A DNA stretch of 64,000 nt, taken from positions 190,278,001 to 190,342,000 of the forward strand of contig OX597815.1 of assembly GCA_951406725.2 (NCBI GenBank). The letters are read 5' to 3'. Positions 12,634 to 25,634 of the stretch are shown one piece after another (the first letter of the stretch is position 1; every line of letters starts with the position of its first letter). This DNA is from Octopus vulgaris (lineage: Eukaryota). Under the pieces are notes generated by a model. That model was not told the DNA's origin. It did no database searches and saw only the letters and a program-made list of their open reading frames with translations. The translations under genes and the position numbers were made by a program.

Positions 12634-13026
12634 GACAGGCTTCTTTCACTTTTCATCTACCAAATCCACTCACAAGGCTTCGTTGTTTAATATCTGCTTT
12701 ACATGCTGGCATGGGTTGGATGGTTTGACAGCAGACTGACAAGCCAGATGGCTGCACCAGGCTCCAATTTGATCTGGCAAAGTTTCTACAGCTGGATGCC
12801 CTTCCTAATGCCAACCACTCCAAGAGTGTAGTAGGTGTTTTTATGTGCCATCAGCACAAGGGCCAGTCAAGCGGTTCTGGCAACGACCACGCTCGAATGG
12901 TGCTTTTTACATGCCACCAACATGGGTGCCAATCCACAGCCTTGGCAATGATCACACTCAGCTGTGCTTTTACATTTCCACTGGCACAAGTGCCAATCAG
13001 GGGGTACTGTCATTGGCCTCATCAGC
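12375..13026 (-). mobile_element. SINE A 3' part (12375-12680) adjoining a family C copy (12683-13026)
   Basis: Homology to both families. Confidence 0.75.
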
Positions 13027-14315
13027 GATATATATATATATTTCAGTGTTTCCTTATTGTCAATAGACTTGATTTGAGACTGTATGTTAAATCTAATACT
13101 ATTATGTAGTAGAAGAGTTCATTGTTATTGTGTTAAACTGTCGCATGTCCAAATTTGGCCAAATGCGTTTTTTTTTCAATATTTATTTTCACTGGCAATA
13201 GCTGGTTCTTTTGGTCAAACTATTGTATCACCAGTTGCTTCAAATGCAAAGATATGAAAATTATCAAAGTGGAGTACAACGGTTTAGTACTTTTCAAAAG
13301 TGTAGTAAGCCCCACATACGACAGTTTTGCAAAAATATTCCTGACTGAAAATATCATATATGCATGGAGTTACGATTTCATGCCCCCAACAAATCATTAT
13401 TGTTAAGCTGAAACGATTACTAATGTAAAAAGAAATGGTATGGCAACATTATGACACTTTTGCATAAGAGCAACAAGTTATTTTATTAATTTAAAAGTAC
13501 GCAAAAGGCTGTTGTATTCACTTTTCAATTATTTCTTATTTGTACAATTTACTATGAACTGTCAAAAAATATCAGCAGCAGCATGCTTTCCTATCCCTAT
13601 GTGACCTGGTCCTAATTTTCAATTCCACTGTAACTGTTCAAACTTGTAACCAGTTCAAAATATATTTGAGGCATATTCGAACCCATAAGAAAACTATTTA
13701 CTGCACTGTTGTCAGTGAGAAAATTTTTCACTGTAGACAAATAGGTGTAAATACACTGAGTCAGTTCACAGCATTGTCCAACCAACCAGACTGATGGATG
13801 CATCCACTTCAGAGTGATTATCGCCTCTTCAGCAGCAGAGCCTAGGAAGGCAGACACTGTGAACTGACATGAGAGACATGTCCCTCTTATGATATTCCTG
13901 TCATCATTCAATGACTGGTAACTCTATTCAGCAGCTTGCCATGAGAGTTGGGGTTGTGGTGGTGGTGGCGGTGGTGGTGGGGTCTTTCCTTTCTGTTCTC
14001 TTCCTCTTTTATTTGTTTTTGTTACCTATTTTGTTTAATATCTTCCTTGCTTTTCACTTTGAGCATGTCAAGTTAATAAATATTTTTTTTACATGATGGT
14101 TAGTAATTTTGCTTAATTTTTTTTTATTCATCAATGGATCTGTGAATCTACAGTGATGTTACTGTATGAGCTTTAGTAAACTTCCAGGCCTTCAGTCACT
14201 TTGAGCTTCATTTCATCTGCTTTTCTGCTTTCTTTTTGTATATGTATCAAGTTTTTATTGAATTCATTATCAATATATTTTTATCTTTACATAAGAAGCA
14301 GTTAAAAACGAATAA

Positions 14316-14762
14316 GCAGAGGGATAGGCTGTGGGGGTAAGAGGCTTGCTTCCTAGCCATCTGGCCTTGGGTTCAGTTCCACTACATGGTACCTTAGGCA
14401 AGTGTCTTCTATTATAGCCCTGGACTGACCAAAGGCTCGTGAGTGGATTTGGAAGATGGAAACTGAAAGAAGCATGTCATATATACGTATGTGTGTGTGT
14501 GTCTGTGTGTCTGTGTATCTGTGTGTGTATATTTCTGTGTACTTTTGTCTGGACATCATGTGATTGTTGTAAATGAGCATCACTGTCATTGTTTTTATTC
14601 TTTCTTGAATAATATGTCTGGCCATGGTGAAATACAAATTTGCTTGGAAATAGACAAGAGTTGGTCATAGGAAGGTGTCAGGCCATAGAAAAAACACTTT
14701 AAAAACAATCCATCTAACCCATGCAAGCAAGGAAAAGTGATTAGAAGATGATGATGATGATG
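14316..14762 (+). mobile_element. Chimeric SINE: family A head plus different body plus RTE/family C-like tail
   Basis: Family A head to 14478, (TG)n, an unrelated body, then gttggtcataggaagg..ccatagaaa..aacccatgcaagcaaggaaaa..(GAT)n. Confidence 0.6.
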
Positions 14763-15045
14763 GCAATAGCGGTGGCAGTGGCGGTCGTTGTGGTGGTGGT
14801 GGTGGTGGTGGTGTCGATGACAATGATGATCATAATGATAATGACAATGATGATGAAGATGACGATGATGATGAGGAGGATGACGATGACAACAATGGGG
14901 ATGATGATGATGACACCGATGATGATGACACCGATGATGATGACACCGATGATGACAATGATGATGACAATGATGATGATGATGATGATGATGACAATGA
15001 TGATGACAATGATGATGATGATGATGATGATGATGACGACGACAA
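14748..15045. repeat. (GAT)n/(GGT)n compound microsatellite
   Basis: Direct reading. Confidence 0.95.
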
Positions 15046-15934
15046 TTAGAAAATCTTTATTGCTTCCTTCAACTTACTTCTCCCTCTCATAACCTTACAG
15101 CAGTCTGGAACAACCAAATCTTAGTCAGTCAGTGGAGGAACTCCTCTACCTCATATGTTCTTAAAATTTAAATCCACATCTTTGTCTATATATCTAGCTT
15201 TTCTATAATGTTGCCACTTGATTTGAACATTTTTGTATTAATGGAAAACCTCTATAATTGACTCAGCATCTTAAATCTGTTGTAATACTTACAACATTTA
15301 ATAAAATGATCGTACCAAATTACCAGAGTCATTCTTGTTGCTTATTTTGATTATATATGTATATATATATTAATATTTAGTAGAAGCAACAGAGTGACTC
15401 AAGGACTGAGAGTTACTTGTGTTTTCTATATATATATATATATATATATATGTAAATATATGTGTTGGTATACACAGACTACCATACACACACACACACA
15501 CACACACACAAATACACACATATGTACATACAGTTAAGTGCATAGATTTTTACTTTACCTCTATATCCACTTTTATGCATATTACCATATTTGCATATAT
15601 GAACGCTTCACATAGCAAATTCGTCTATCAATATATGTAACAAACTTCCAAAGGAAGCATTTGGAATCTTCTTAACCAAGTGAATACAAACTTTCTATGG
15701 TTGATTGCTCAAATGCTTAATGTCACAATCCTCATTGAAACAAACCAATAATACTGTCTCTCCTTGGTCACTTGACATGCTAGAAATGGCAACCAAATGT
15801 TCCTTATATCACAGAACATCATAAAAATGAGACACCATTATTAGGGATACATCTTGGATAGTATGTCTATACTATCATGGGTAGTCTGAAGATTTACACT
15901 CCTACACACACACACACAATCACCAACAGCAGTA

Positions 15935-16312
15935 GAGGTGCAATGGCCCAGTGGTTAGGGCAGCTGACTCGCGGTTGGAGGATCACGGTTTCGATTCCCA
16001 GACTGGGCGTATTGTGTGTTTATTGAGCGAAAACACCTAAAGCTCCACAAGGCTCCGGCAGGGGGTGATGGCGACCCCTGTTGTACTCTTCCGCTACAAC
16101 TTTCTCTCACTCTTTCTTCCTGTTTCTTGTCCCCGACTTCCTACGCAACCGCTGAGCCTGGATGCACATTCATCCATCCGTCAATGCTCTCGGTGTCGGG
16201 GGTTGACCTGCTTTCTCTTCTGCAGGTCTTACGAATAGCAAAGGGCCAAGTTTTGGAATTCTCCCACTAATGGGACGAAGACTGCTTCGCTCAACAAACA
16301 AACAAACAAATA
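15935..16312 (+). mobile_element. SINE family D (tRNA head), tail variant 1 ending in (AAAC)n
   Basis: A/B boxes tggcccagtggttagg and gtttcgattccc. 13-bp TSD accaacagcagta at 15922-15934 and 16313-16325. Confidence 0.85.
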
Positions 16313-16369
16313 ACCAACAGCAGTAATGGTGACAACAACAATGACAACAACAATAATAATCCTGATGCT

Positions 16370-16690
16370 GAAATGGGAAAACTGGTGGTGGCCCTAAAAA
16401 GTGTTGGTGTGGGCACTGATACCATGTAAAAAAATCTGGTGTTGGTACCACATAAAAAGCACTGGTGTTGGCCCCATGTAAAAAGCACCCAGTACACTCT
16501 GTAAAGTGGTTGGCATTAGGAAGGACATCCAGGTATTTGAAGCAAGCTAAAACAGACTGTGGGACCTGGTGTGGCCCCTGGTTATACCAATTCCTGTCAG
16601 GCCATTCAACCCATGCCAGCTTGGAAAACTGATGCTAGATATTGATGATGATGATGATGATGACGACAATGACAATGGTGATGATGATGA
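16370..16690 (+). mobile_element. Older family C variant with ~26-bp tandem subunits
   Basis: Repeated cactggtgttggtaccacataaaaag-like units precede gtggttggcattaggaagg and a (GAT)n tail. Confidence 0.7.
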
Positions 16691-16837
16691 TAACACTGAT
16701 GGTGATGATGATGATGATGATTATCATCATCATCATGACTACTTACTTTTATCAGATTTCTTTAAATACAGAGGCTGATTTTGCATATGTTATAATAACA
16801 TATACGCCTATTAAATATTAGATTTCCCCCAAAATGT

Positions 16838-16977
16838 TGGTTCCAAGCTCAGTTCCACTATGTGGTACTTTGGGCAAGTATTTTCTACTGTAGCTTTGGG
16901 CCAACCAAAGGCTTGTGAGTGGATTTGGTAGGCAGAAACTGAAAGAATCCCATTGTATACATATATATATATATATA

Positions 16978-17042
<65 letters not shown>

Positions 17043-17432
17043 ATATGATATATATATATATATATATACCAGATCCTGTCAGGCCATCCAGCCCATGCTA
17101 GCTTGGAAAACTGATGCTAGATATTGATGATGATGATGATGATAATGATGATGATGACGACGACGACAATGACGACGACGACGATGATGATGATGATGAT
17201 GATGTTGATAATATTTTTGCATGTATGTATATATATATATGTGTGTGTTTCTATGTGTTTTGTCCTTCACCACTGCTGCACAACCCATGTTGCTGGGCGG
17301 TGAAAGAGGATGATAGAATAAATACCAGGTTTTTAAAAAAATTAGTACAGGGATCAATTCATTCAACTAAAACCCTTTGAGGTGATGCTCCAGCATAGCC
17401 GCAGTCCAATGACTGGAATAAATAAACAACAA
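16838..17432 (+). mobile_element. Old SINE A with a family C tail copied into its internal microsatellite
   Basis: Family A head 16838-16955, insert 17068-17207, family A tail to ~17432. Confidence 0.7.
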
Positions 17433-17657
17433 AGGATTTATATATTTTATACAGATTTACTTAAACATTGAATGTTTAAAGCTATTTCATTGCAAAAAGA
17501 AAGCTTTTCAAAATGCTCATTTTAATTAAATTCAAATTAATTCTTCATTTTTATCCCTTAATCTCTTCTCTAGACATTATTTAGATTATGATCCCCAAAG
17601 TAGACCTGAGATTCATTATACTCATTTTTATCGTCATTTATCATTTTTAAAAAAAAT

Positions 17658-18056
17658 TGTGTGGTAAGTAGCTTGCTTACCAACCACATGGTTCCAGGTT
17701 CAGTCCTACTGCGTGGCACCTTGGGCAAGTGTCTTCTACTATAGCCTCGGGCCGACCAAAGCCTTGTGAGTGGATTTGGTAGATGGAAACTGAAAGAAGC
17801 CTGTCGTATATATGTATATATATATATGTGTGTGTGTATGTTTGTGTTTCTGTGTTTGTCACCCTAGCATTGTTTGACAACCGATGCTGGTGTGTTTATG
17901 TCCCCGTTACTTAGTGGTTCGGCAAAAGAGACCAATAGAATAAGTACTGGGCTTACAAAAGAATAAGTCCCGGGGTCGAGTTGCTCGATTAAAGGCGGTG
18001 CTCCAGCATGGCCGCAGTCAAAATGACTGAAAACAAGGAAAAAGAAAAAGAAAAAG
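17658..18056 (+). mobile_element. SINE family A
   Basis: Near full-length copy. Confidence 0.9.
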
Positions 18057-18629
18057 AATTTGTAACATTTTATTTTATAATTCTTTTCTTTCTTTATGGG
18101 TTTTAAATCATTAACAACAAAAATTCCACAACAGAATCGAACTTGCATACCAAATCATTATTGCTCCCTTTATATTACTGACTCCCTGCTTTCTCTTTAT
18201 CTTAATTTCTAACCCATCCACCTTTCTTTTTCAACCTCAGTATTCATACATCTACCCAACAGAAAGGCACATACCCCTGTTCCCTTCTAATCTCTCATCA
18301 AGTGGAACAAAGCCACCACCACCTCCAATACCACTCACTCCTCCCAGCTGAGAGGGTTTTTGTTTCAGTGTTCTATATTTTAGAGATGAGGAATTATTTA
18401 CATTATTTACATTAGATGGATATGCGTCCTTGACACCATAATGCTTTGGCTGATTTCTTCTCCAGCCTATCCATCAAATGTAAATAAGGTTTTTGTTTTG
18501 TTGATGCTGGTTTCAAGTAAAATGCACCTGTGCTGATTCCACATAAAAAGCACCTGAGCTAGTACCATGTAGAACACACTGGTGCTGGTGCCATATAAAA
18601 AGCACCTTGTACATTCTGTAAAATGGTTG

Positions 18630-18888
18630 GCATTCTTTTCTACTCTAGGCATAAGGCTCAAAATTTTTGGGGTGGGGGGGCCAGTCAATTAGATCGACCG
18701 CAGTATGCAACTGGTACTTAATTTATCAACTCCGAAAGGATGAAAGGTAAAGTCAACCTCGGCGAAATTTGAACTCAGAACATAAAGACAGACAAAATAC
18801 TGCTAAGAATAAGTCCTGGGGTCAATTTGCTCGACTAAAGGTGGTGCCAGCATGGCCACGGTCAAAGGACTGAAACAAGTAAAAGAGT
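18630..18888. mobile_element. SINE B (-, alternative tail) abutting a SINE A tail (+)
   Basis: Family B core in reverse complement at 18680-18806; family A tail at 18807-18888. Confidence 0.7.
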
Positions 18889-18895
18889 ATATGGT

Positions 18896-19474
18896 ACAGT
18901 TCTGTTTCCACTTCACTGATTTCACCTATCGCGGTTAGTTATTTAAGCTTACGTCGATTCCTCCGTGGTGTTGTTTTGCATTAATAATAATATAAATATT
19001 TACAAATTACAAAAATAATTTTTTAAAATTCCGGGTTCAGTCCCACTGCGTGGCACCTTGGGCAAGTGTCTTCTACTATAGCCTCGGGTCGACCAAAGCC
19101 TTGTGAGTAGATTTGGTAGACGGAAACTGAAAGAAGCCCGTCATATATATGTATATATATATGCGTGTGTGTGTTTGTGTGTCTGTGTTTGTCCTCCTAG
19201 CATTGCTTGACAACCGATGCTGGTGTGTTTATGTCCCCTTTACTTAGTGGTTCGGCAAAAGAAACCGATAGAATAAGTACTGGGCTTACAAAAGAATAAG
19301 TCCTGGGGTTGAGTTGCTCTATTAAAGGCGGTGCTCCAGCATGGCCGCAGTCAAATGACTGAAACAAATAAAAGAGAGTAAAAGAGAGTACAGTACTGTT
19401 TCTAATTTGCAGATTTTCACCTGTCACAGGGTGTTTTGGAACGTAATACCTGCGATAGTCGAGGGATTATCGTA
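18896..19474. mobile_element. Decayed pogo/Tigger-like MITE interrupted by SINE A (19029-19389, +)
   Basis: ttcacctatcgcgg and terminal ggaacgtaatacctgcgatagtcgagggattatcgta resemble Tigger-type MITE ends. The SINE A call is clear; the MITE call is tentative. Confidence 0.5.
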
Positions 19475-20142
19475 TACATTATATTGATACATTTACATGT
19501 GTGTGTTTGCATATATCTTTGTATCTGTGTTTGTTCTCCCCCACCACCACTTGATGACCCGTGTTGCTTTGTTTACATTCCATTAACTTAGCAGTTCAGC
19601 AAAAGATACCAACAGAAAAAAAAACAGGCTTAAAACAGTACAAGGATTGATCCATTCGGTTAAAATATTTTCAAGGTGGTGACCAAGCATGGCCACAGTC
19701 TAATAACTGGAACAAGTAAAAGTTACAAGATAAAAGACAGTGTATAGCTATCACATCAAATAATCATGTCCTGCCTTTCTTTAAGACACTAGAATATGTT
19801 TAAAGAGAGAGATTTAGCTGCTATTTCTAGAATTTTAAGTGACAACATAGCAGCTCTTTCATTGGTTGTTTGAAAAACTGATGGCAAACATGGCAATATA
19901 TGTATATATGAACACAGACGCAGTCACATGCATTTATGTATTGCTGTACAATGCCAAAGCACAGGAAACCAATATGAAAGAAAGTTAGCAAAATTATTTA
20001 TTCCTCTTTGCAGACACTGTATGTACCTATATTTATATATATGCATATTTACACCGAGATATCTAGATACATACATACATACATACATACATGCACACAT
20101 ATACAACCATATATGTGTGTATATATGTACATATACCTACAT

Positions 20143-20177
<35 letters not shown>

Positions 20178-20275
20178 CATACAAACACACACAACTACAT
20201 AATATAAACATATATATATATATGTGTGTGTATATATAGATATAATATACACACACCACATATATATATACATAT

Positions 20276-20332
<57 letters not shown>

Positions 20333-20434
20333 TGTATGTATGTATATGTATGTATCTTTATATCACATAAATATGTCTTTATTCACATACATGTGTACAC
20401 TTCTATATTTACATACATATACATACATACATAT

Positions 20435-20465
<31 letters not shown>

Positions 20466-20470
20466 CATAC

Positions 20471-20512
<42 letters not shown>

Positions 20513-21015
20513 AGATATATATACACACATACAGATATATATACATACATACACATATATAAACATATATATTACAGACATATATATATATTTGCAGATA
20601 CATGTATATATTTTTACAGACATATACATACATTAATACATAAACCCAAACACACGCGCACACACACACACACACAAAGTCACCCACAAACATGCATATC
20701 TGTATAGTTAGACAGAGAAGCTGTATAGAAGGTCGAATAGATACCTATATAATTACAGATATATTCAAGTGCATGACATTTAAAAGGTATAAAGCAATTT
20801 TCTTGCTTTCAGCATGTAAGATTCATTCGACACTTTACTGTGAAATTTATTTTTATGAATTACTTTCTGAAAACACACACACACACAAAGACTCAATGCT
20901 AGAGTAGCACTGATAACAAACTGTGAAATATTGTTATTGTGATATTATAACACTTACATCAATGTAATTATTCATAAATTTGATATAGAGAGAAAGAGAC
21001 AGAGAGAGAGTGATG

Positions 21016-21081
<66 letters not shown>

Positions 21082-21220
21082 CATGAAATAACTATCTATG
21101 TATCACACTTGATGTATTTGCTGTATATACACTATTCATAGGCAAGATACTGCAGTTCTGATCAGAGATAAAATCTCTTATATATAGATTTCATATACAT
21201 ATATTTATATATATATAGTC

Positions 21221-21289
<69 letters not shown>

Positions 21290-21567
21290 TGTATGTATGT
21301 ATGTATGTATGTATGTATGTATGTATGTATGTATGTATATGTATGTGTATATGTATATGTTTGTATGACTGTGTTTGTCCCCCACCATCGCTTGACAACC
21401 CATGTTAGTGTGTTTACATCCCCGTAACTTAGTGGTTTGGCAAAAGTGACCGATAGAATAAGTACTAGGCTTACAAAGAATAAGTCCTGGGGTCAATTTG
21501 TTTGACTAAAGGTGGTGCTTCAGCATAGCCACAATGAAATAAGTGAAACAAGTAAATGACTGAAAGA

Positions 21568-21709
<142 letters not shown>

Positions 21710-22029
21710 ATGTGTGTATATATATATATATTGGAGGGAGATGAAAAATCGTCCTGAGAATGGTTAAGAAGAACTCCAAAGGCATTTTATCAATCTTGGG
21801 CCTTCTGAAGAACATACTTGCAGCCACATGCTGAGATGAAATTTGCTGCATCTGATATAGGAAACAGTGAATAAGCATTCACTGCATTCACTGATACTGC
21901 AAAAAGTGATCGAGCTGCATAAAAATCCAGGGTATGCAATTAAGGTAGAATTAAATTGAAATAGCCTTCTGTGTACCATACTTTACATATATATACACCA
22001 CTAACAGCAAGCTACTACAGCTTTTGTCT

Positions 22030-22452
22030 GAAATCAAAATCAAAATCGAAATCTTTCAACATCAATGGAAATTGTAGGTGAGATACCAATGCCGGTGGCA
22101 CGTAAGAGAACCGTCCGAACGAGGCTGTTGCCAGTGCCGCCCCGACTGGCCTCTGTGCCGGTGGCATGTAAAAGGCACCAGCCGATTGTGGCCATTGCCA
22201 GCCTTGTCTGGCCCCCGTGCTGGTGGCACATAAAACGCACCATCCGATCGTGACCATTTGCCAGCCTCGTCTGGCTCCTGTGCAGGTGGCACATAAAAAG
22301 CACCCACTACACTCTCGGAGTGGTTGGCATTAGGAAGGGCATCCAGCTGTAGAAACACTGCCAGATCAGACTGGGCCGGGCGCAGCCTCCTGGCTTCCCA
22401 GACCCCAGTCAAACCCTCAAACCCATGCCAGCATGGAAAACGGACGTTAAAC

Positions 22453-22482
<30 letters not shown>
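22030..22482 (+). mobile_element. Family C copy with ~3 tandem 63-bp units
   Basis: Units end in ggtggcac(a/g)taa; conserved tail and (GAT)n. Confidence 0.85.
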
Positions 22483-22483
<1 letters not shown>

Positions 22484-23272
22484 TGCTATGTTAAAAGAAA
22501 CACAAAATATATGGGAGGAGAGGGAGACAAGAAATCTTCCCTGCAGTTGCAAGTGAGAATGCCTGATACATTTCAGCCATCTTGGATCTCAGCAATGATG
22601 TGTACTTGAAGTTACATGCTTGGAAGAAATCTATCTTGTCTGATACAGAAAACAGGGAATATTATATTCAATGATATTGCAAACGGTCAATGAGTACATA
22701 TAAATATGGGAGAATAAGCTTCCTTTAACACATGTTTTATTAAAAATATTACGATATTCCAGTTTTATCTTTTATATTAATGATTTTTTTCATATTTAGA
22801 TATAAGTTTCTTTGTAGTCAATATTTTGAGAAGCAGCCAAGTTAGTGTTAAGCTTTGCTAAATTATTGGAGATTATAACTTATGCTAGAATAGGTCTAGT
22901 AGTACAGAAAGCTTAACTGTATTGCAGTTGAAAATTTTAAGAAAATATAGTAGTGAGGAAAGTGTTTATTTAGTAATGGGTATATCATTTCACTCAAGTG
23001 AGAAAATATCTCTTTATTTCGGGGAGCATGAAATTAAGTGATGTTCCTAGATGTGTTGCATTTATTCCTTATGTAAATGGATTGGGGTATATAGATGGTT
23101 GTATGAGACATCGTTATTGGCAACAGTTTCATTTGAAGGAGCACTGGAAATAGGAATGGAACTATTCTTAACCAAGCTGTATGTATAAATTTCTAGGGTG
23201 GTTGAAATTTATTTTCTTGGGGCACAAAGCTTCACAGATGTTTTGAAAGAGACAAAAAAAGTCCGTTATTGA

Positions 23273-23856
23273 GGCGTAGGAGTGGCTGTGTGGTAAGTAG
23301 CTTGCTTACCAACAACATGGTTCTGGGTTCAGTCCCACTGTGTGGCACCTTGGACAAGTGTCTTCTACTATAGCCTCAGGCTGACCAAAGCCTTGTGAGT
23401 GGAATTGGTAGACGGAAACTGAAAGAAGTATGTTGTGTGTGTGTATGTATGTGTATATATATATATATATATATATGGCCTGCTCGCTTAGCCAGAAGGG
23501 TGGCGTCGTTCGAAGGCTAAAACAATGCGAACGCATTGTGACCAGCGATGTGAAGCAACATCTGATGGTCTGGTCGGTCATGTGATCACATGATATATAT
23601 ATATGTATGTATGTATGTATGTGTATGTGTGTGTATATGTTTCTGTGTCTGTGTTTGTCCCTCCAACATAGCTTGACAACCGATGCTGGTGTGTTTACGC
23701 CCCCGTAACCTAGCAGTTCAGCAAAAAGAGACCGATAGAATAAGTACTAGGCATACAAAGAATAAGTCCTGGAGTCGATTTGCTCGACTAAAGGCAGTGC
23801 TCCAGCATGGCCACAGTCAAATGAGTGAAACAAGTAAAAGAGTAAAAGAGTAGAGT
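23273..23856 (+). mobile_element. SINE A with a family D tail fragment (23476-23593) in its (TA)n
   Basis: The insert matches 50312-50430. Confidence 0.85.
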
Positions 23857-24331
23857 ATATACAGTAATATTTAAGAAGTTAACAATTTTCAACTTAGTTT
23901 CCAATTTTAAAAAATAGGTGTTTAAATCTTTTCTCGTTTCATCTCTATTTCATGAGTTAAAGCTATTAAATTCCAATAGACCATCATCTTAGATATCCTC
24001 ATCATCAGCAGCAGCATTATTTGGTCAGGCATCTTGACCAGAGAAATGCAATTCTTCCATGTCAAAGAAACATCCTGATCAAGCAATGCAACATGAATGT
24101 CTGGCTTGGGTTTTAGTTACACAGGTCTTTCATTAGCTGAAACATCTCATCTGTGCATGCCACAAGCACAGAAGATTGCAGTAGTTTGGTAACAGAACTG
24201 TTTGGTCCTGGAAGTTAACAGTTCCTTGTCTGTTCATCTGCTCAGCATCAAGTGACAAAAATCTTTAACATAGCTCTCTCTTAAGATAGTATGATTTTTA
24301 ATTTTAAGTAGGTGTACTATATATATATATA

Positions 24332-24493
24332 TATCTGTAAATGTAATATGTGACAATTATTTGGTAGCCCTGATAAAACTCTGAGTTTCGGATGCCAAGG
24401 TGGAAATTCATGCGCCATCTCTACAGTTATCCGACCATCGGAAAAATGCTATCTTGGCTACCGAATAATTGTCACATATTACATTTACAGATA
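24332..24493. mobile_element. Inverted-repeat element (~38-bp arms) enclosing a hammerhead-like motif
   Basis: tatctgtaaatgtaatatgtgacaattatttggtagcc pairs with ggctaccgaataattgtcacatattacatttacagata; abuts (TA)n. Confidence 0.7.
24372..24431 (-). ncRNA. Minimal type-I hammerhead-like motif (CUGUAGA core variant)
   Basis: Reverse complement: GAUAA-CUGUAGA-GAUG(loop)CAUC-C-GAAA-CUCAGAG-UU-UUAUC. Stems I, II and III can all pair; activity untested. Confidence 0.55.
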
Positions 24494-24555
24494 ACTTCCT
24501 CCCTTTACATAATATTGAGGTCTCTTTCATTCTTTTGTTGTCTTACCATTTTTAT

Positions 24556-24593
<38 letters not shown>

Positions 24594-24641
24594 AAACAAG
24601 TCAAGATAGAAAATGCTAAAATAATTTTATAAAGAACATTT

Positions 24642-24678
24642 CAGTACTGGTTTCAGTCATTTGAGACCTTTTCAACTG
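24642..24678 (-). ncRNA. Minimal type-I hammerhead-like motif (U3-A8 variant)
   Basis: Reverse complement: CAG-UUGAAAA-GGUC-UCAAAU-GACU-GAAA-CCAG-UA-CUG. Confidence 0.5.
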
Positions 24679-25634
24679 TAACGATTAAATAATTAATTTA
24701 GAAAAATTAAAAGAAAAGTTTTTTTAAAAGAATATTTGTATAGTGTTCAAATATAAGTGGCATTTTCCTTGTTTCTGCCTTTCTCTGTCTCTCTTGTTAA
24801 CACTTGTGGGTTCGAGGTTGTTGTGTATATATATATATATATATATATCCCACATAAATCTACTTCAATTGAGTTGAGCTTCCATGCTGATATCAAAACA
24901 GGTCGGTAATTTTTTTATTTTTTATCTATGACAGCTGCTGGTTAAATAACATAACAACCTTCCTTTTTCAATCAACAACCTGACATTATCCAGGTCTTTG
25001 ACAAGTAAATTCCTATTAATAGAGGAATCATACGTCATTTGATTGGTTTTATACAATGTATATAATCATCATTTTCAGCCATGCTTGCAATGATACTGCG
25101 TCAAGTATTTGGATGGCTTTGTATTTCCCTTGGACATCTTAATTTATTTGATATTCTATCCATGAAAAGCTGCTGGCCTTTGAGAGAAACCTTATCAAGG
25201 CTTGCACCATGAAGAGAAACTTTTCAGGTAGCAGAAAACTCCATGTTCACCCATAACCAAAGAGCCTTTGGATGTATATACAATGTGTGTGTGTGTGTGT
25301 GTAACCATCATCACTATCATCATCATCATCATCATAATCATAATCATCATCACCACTACCATGTTTACCCATGTATATGCAGGTAGCAGAAAACTCCATG
25401 TTCACCCATAACTAAAGAGCCTTTGGAAGTATATGCAATGTGTGTGTGTGTATGTGTGTGTGTAACTATCATCATCATCATTGTAATTGTAGTCCTTGAC
25501 TTGACATGGTCTGAGTCAGTTTCCCTTTTTTCCTTGGGAACCACTACTGACACAGACTGGTGCTCATACACATCATCTGGTTTGGACGCTCTTTCCATTC
25601 TCAACCACTTTACAGTGTGTACTGGGTACATATA

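Noticed and set aside
13612-13911. 99-aa ORF on the minus strand, and a zinc-finger-like 'RHIRTH..EKIFHC' on the plus strand
   Set aside because: There is no recognisable domain. Cys/His spacing and the TGEKP linker do not fit C2H2, and splice signals are unconvincing.
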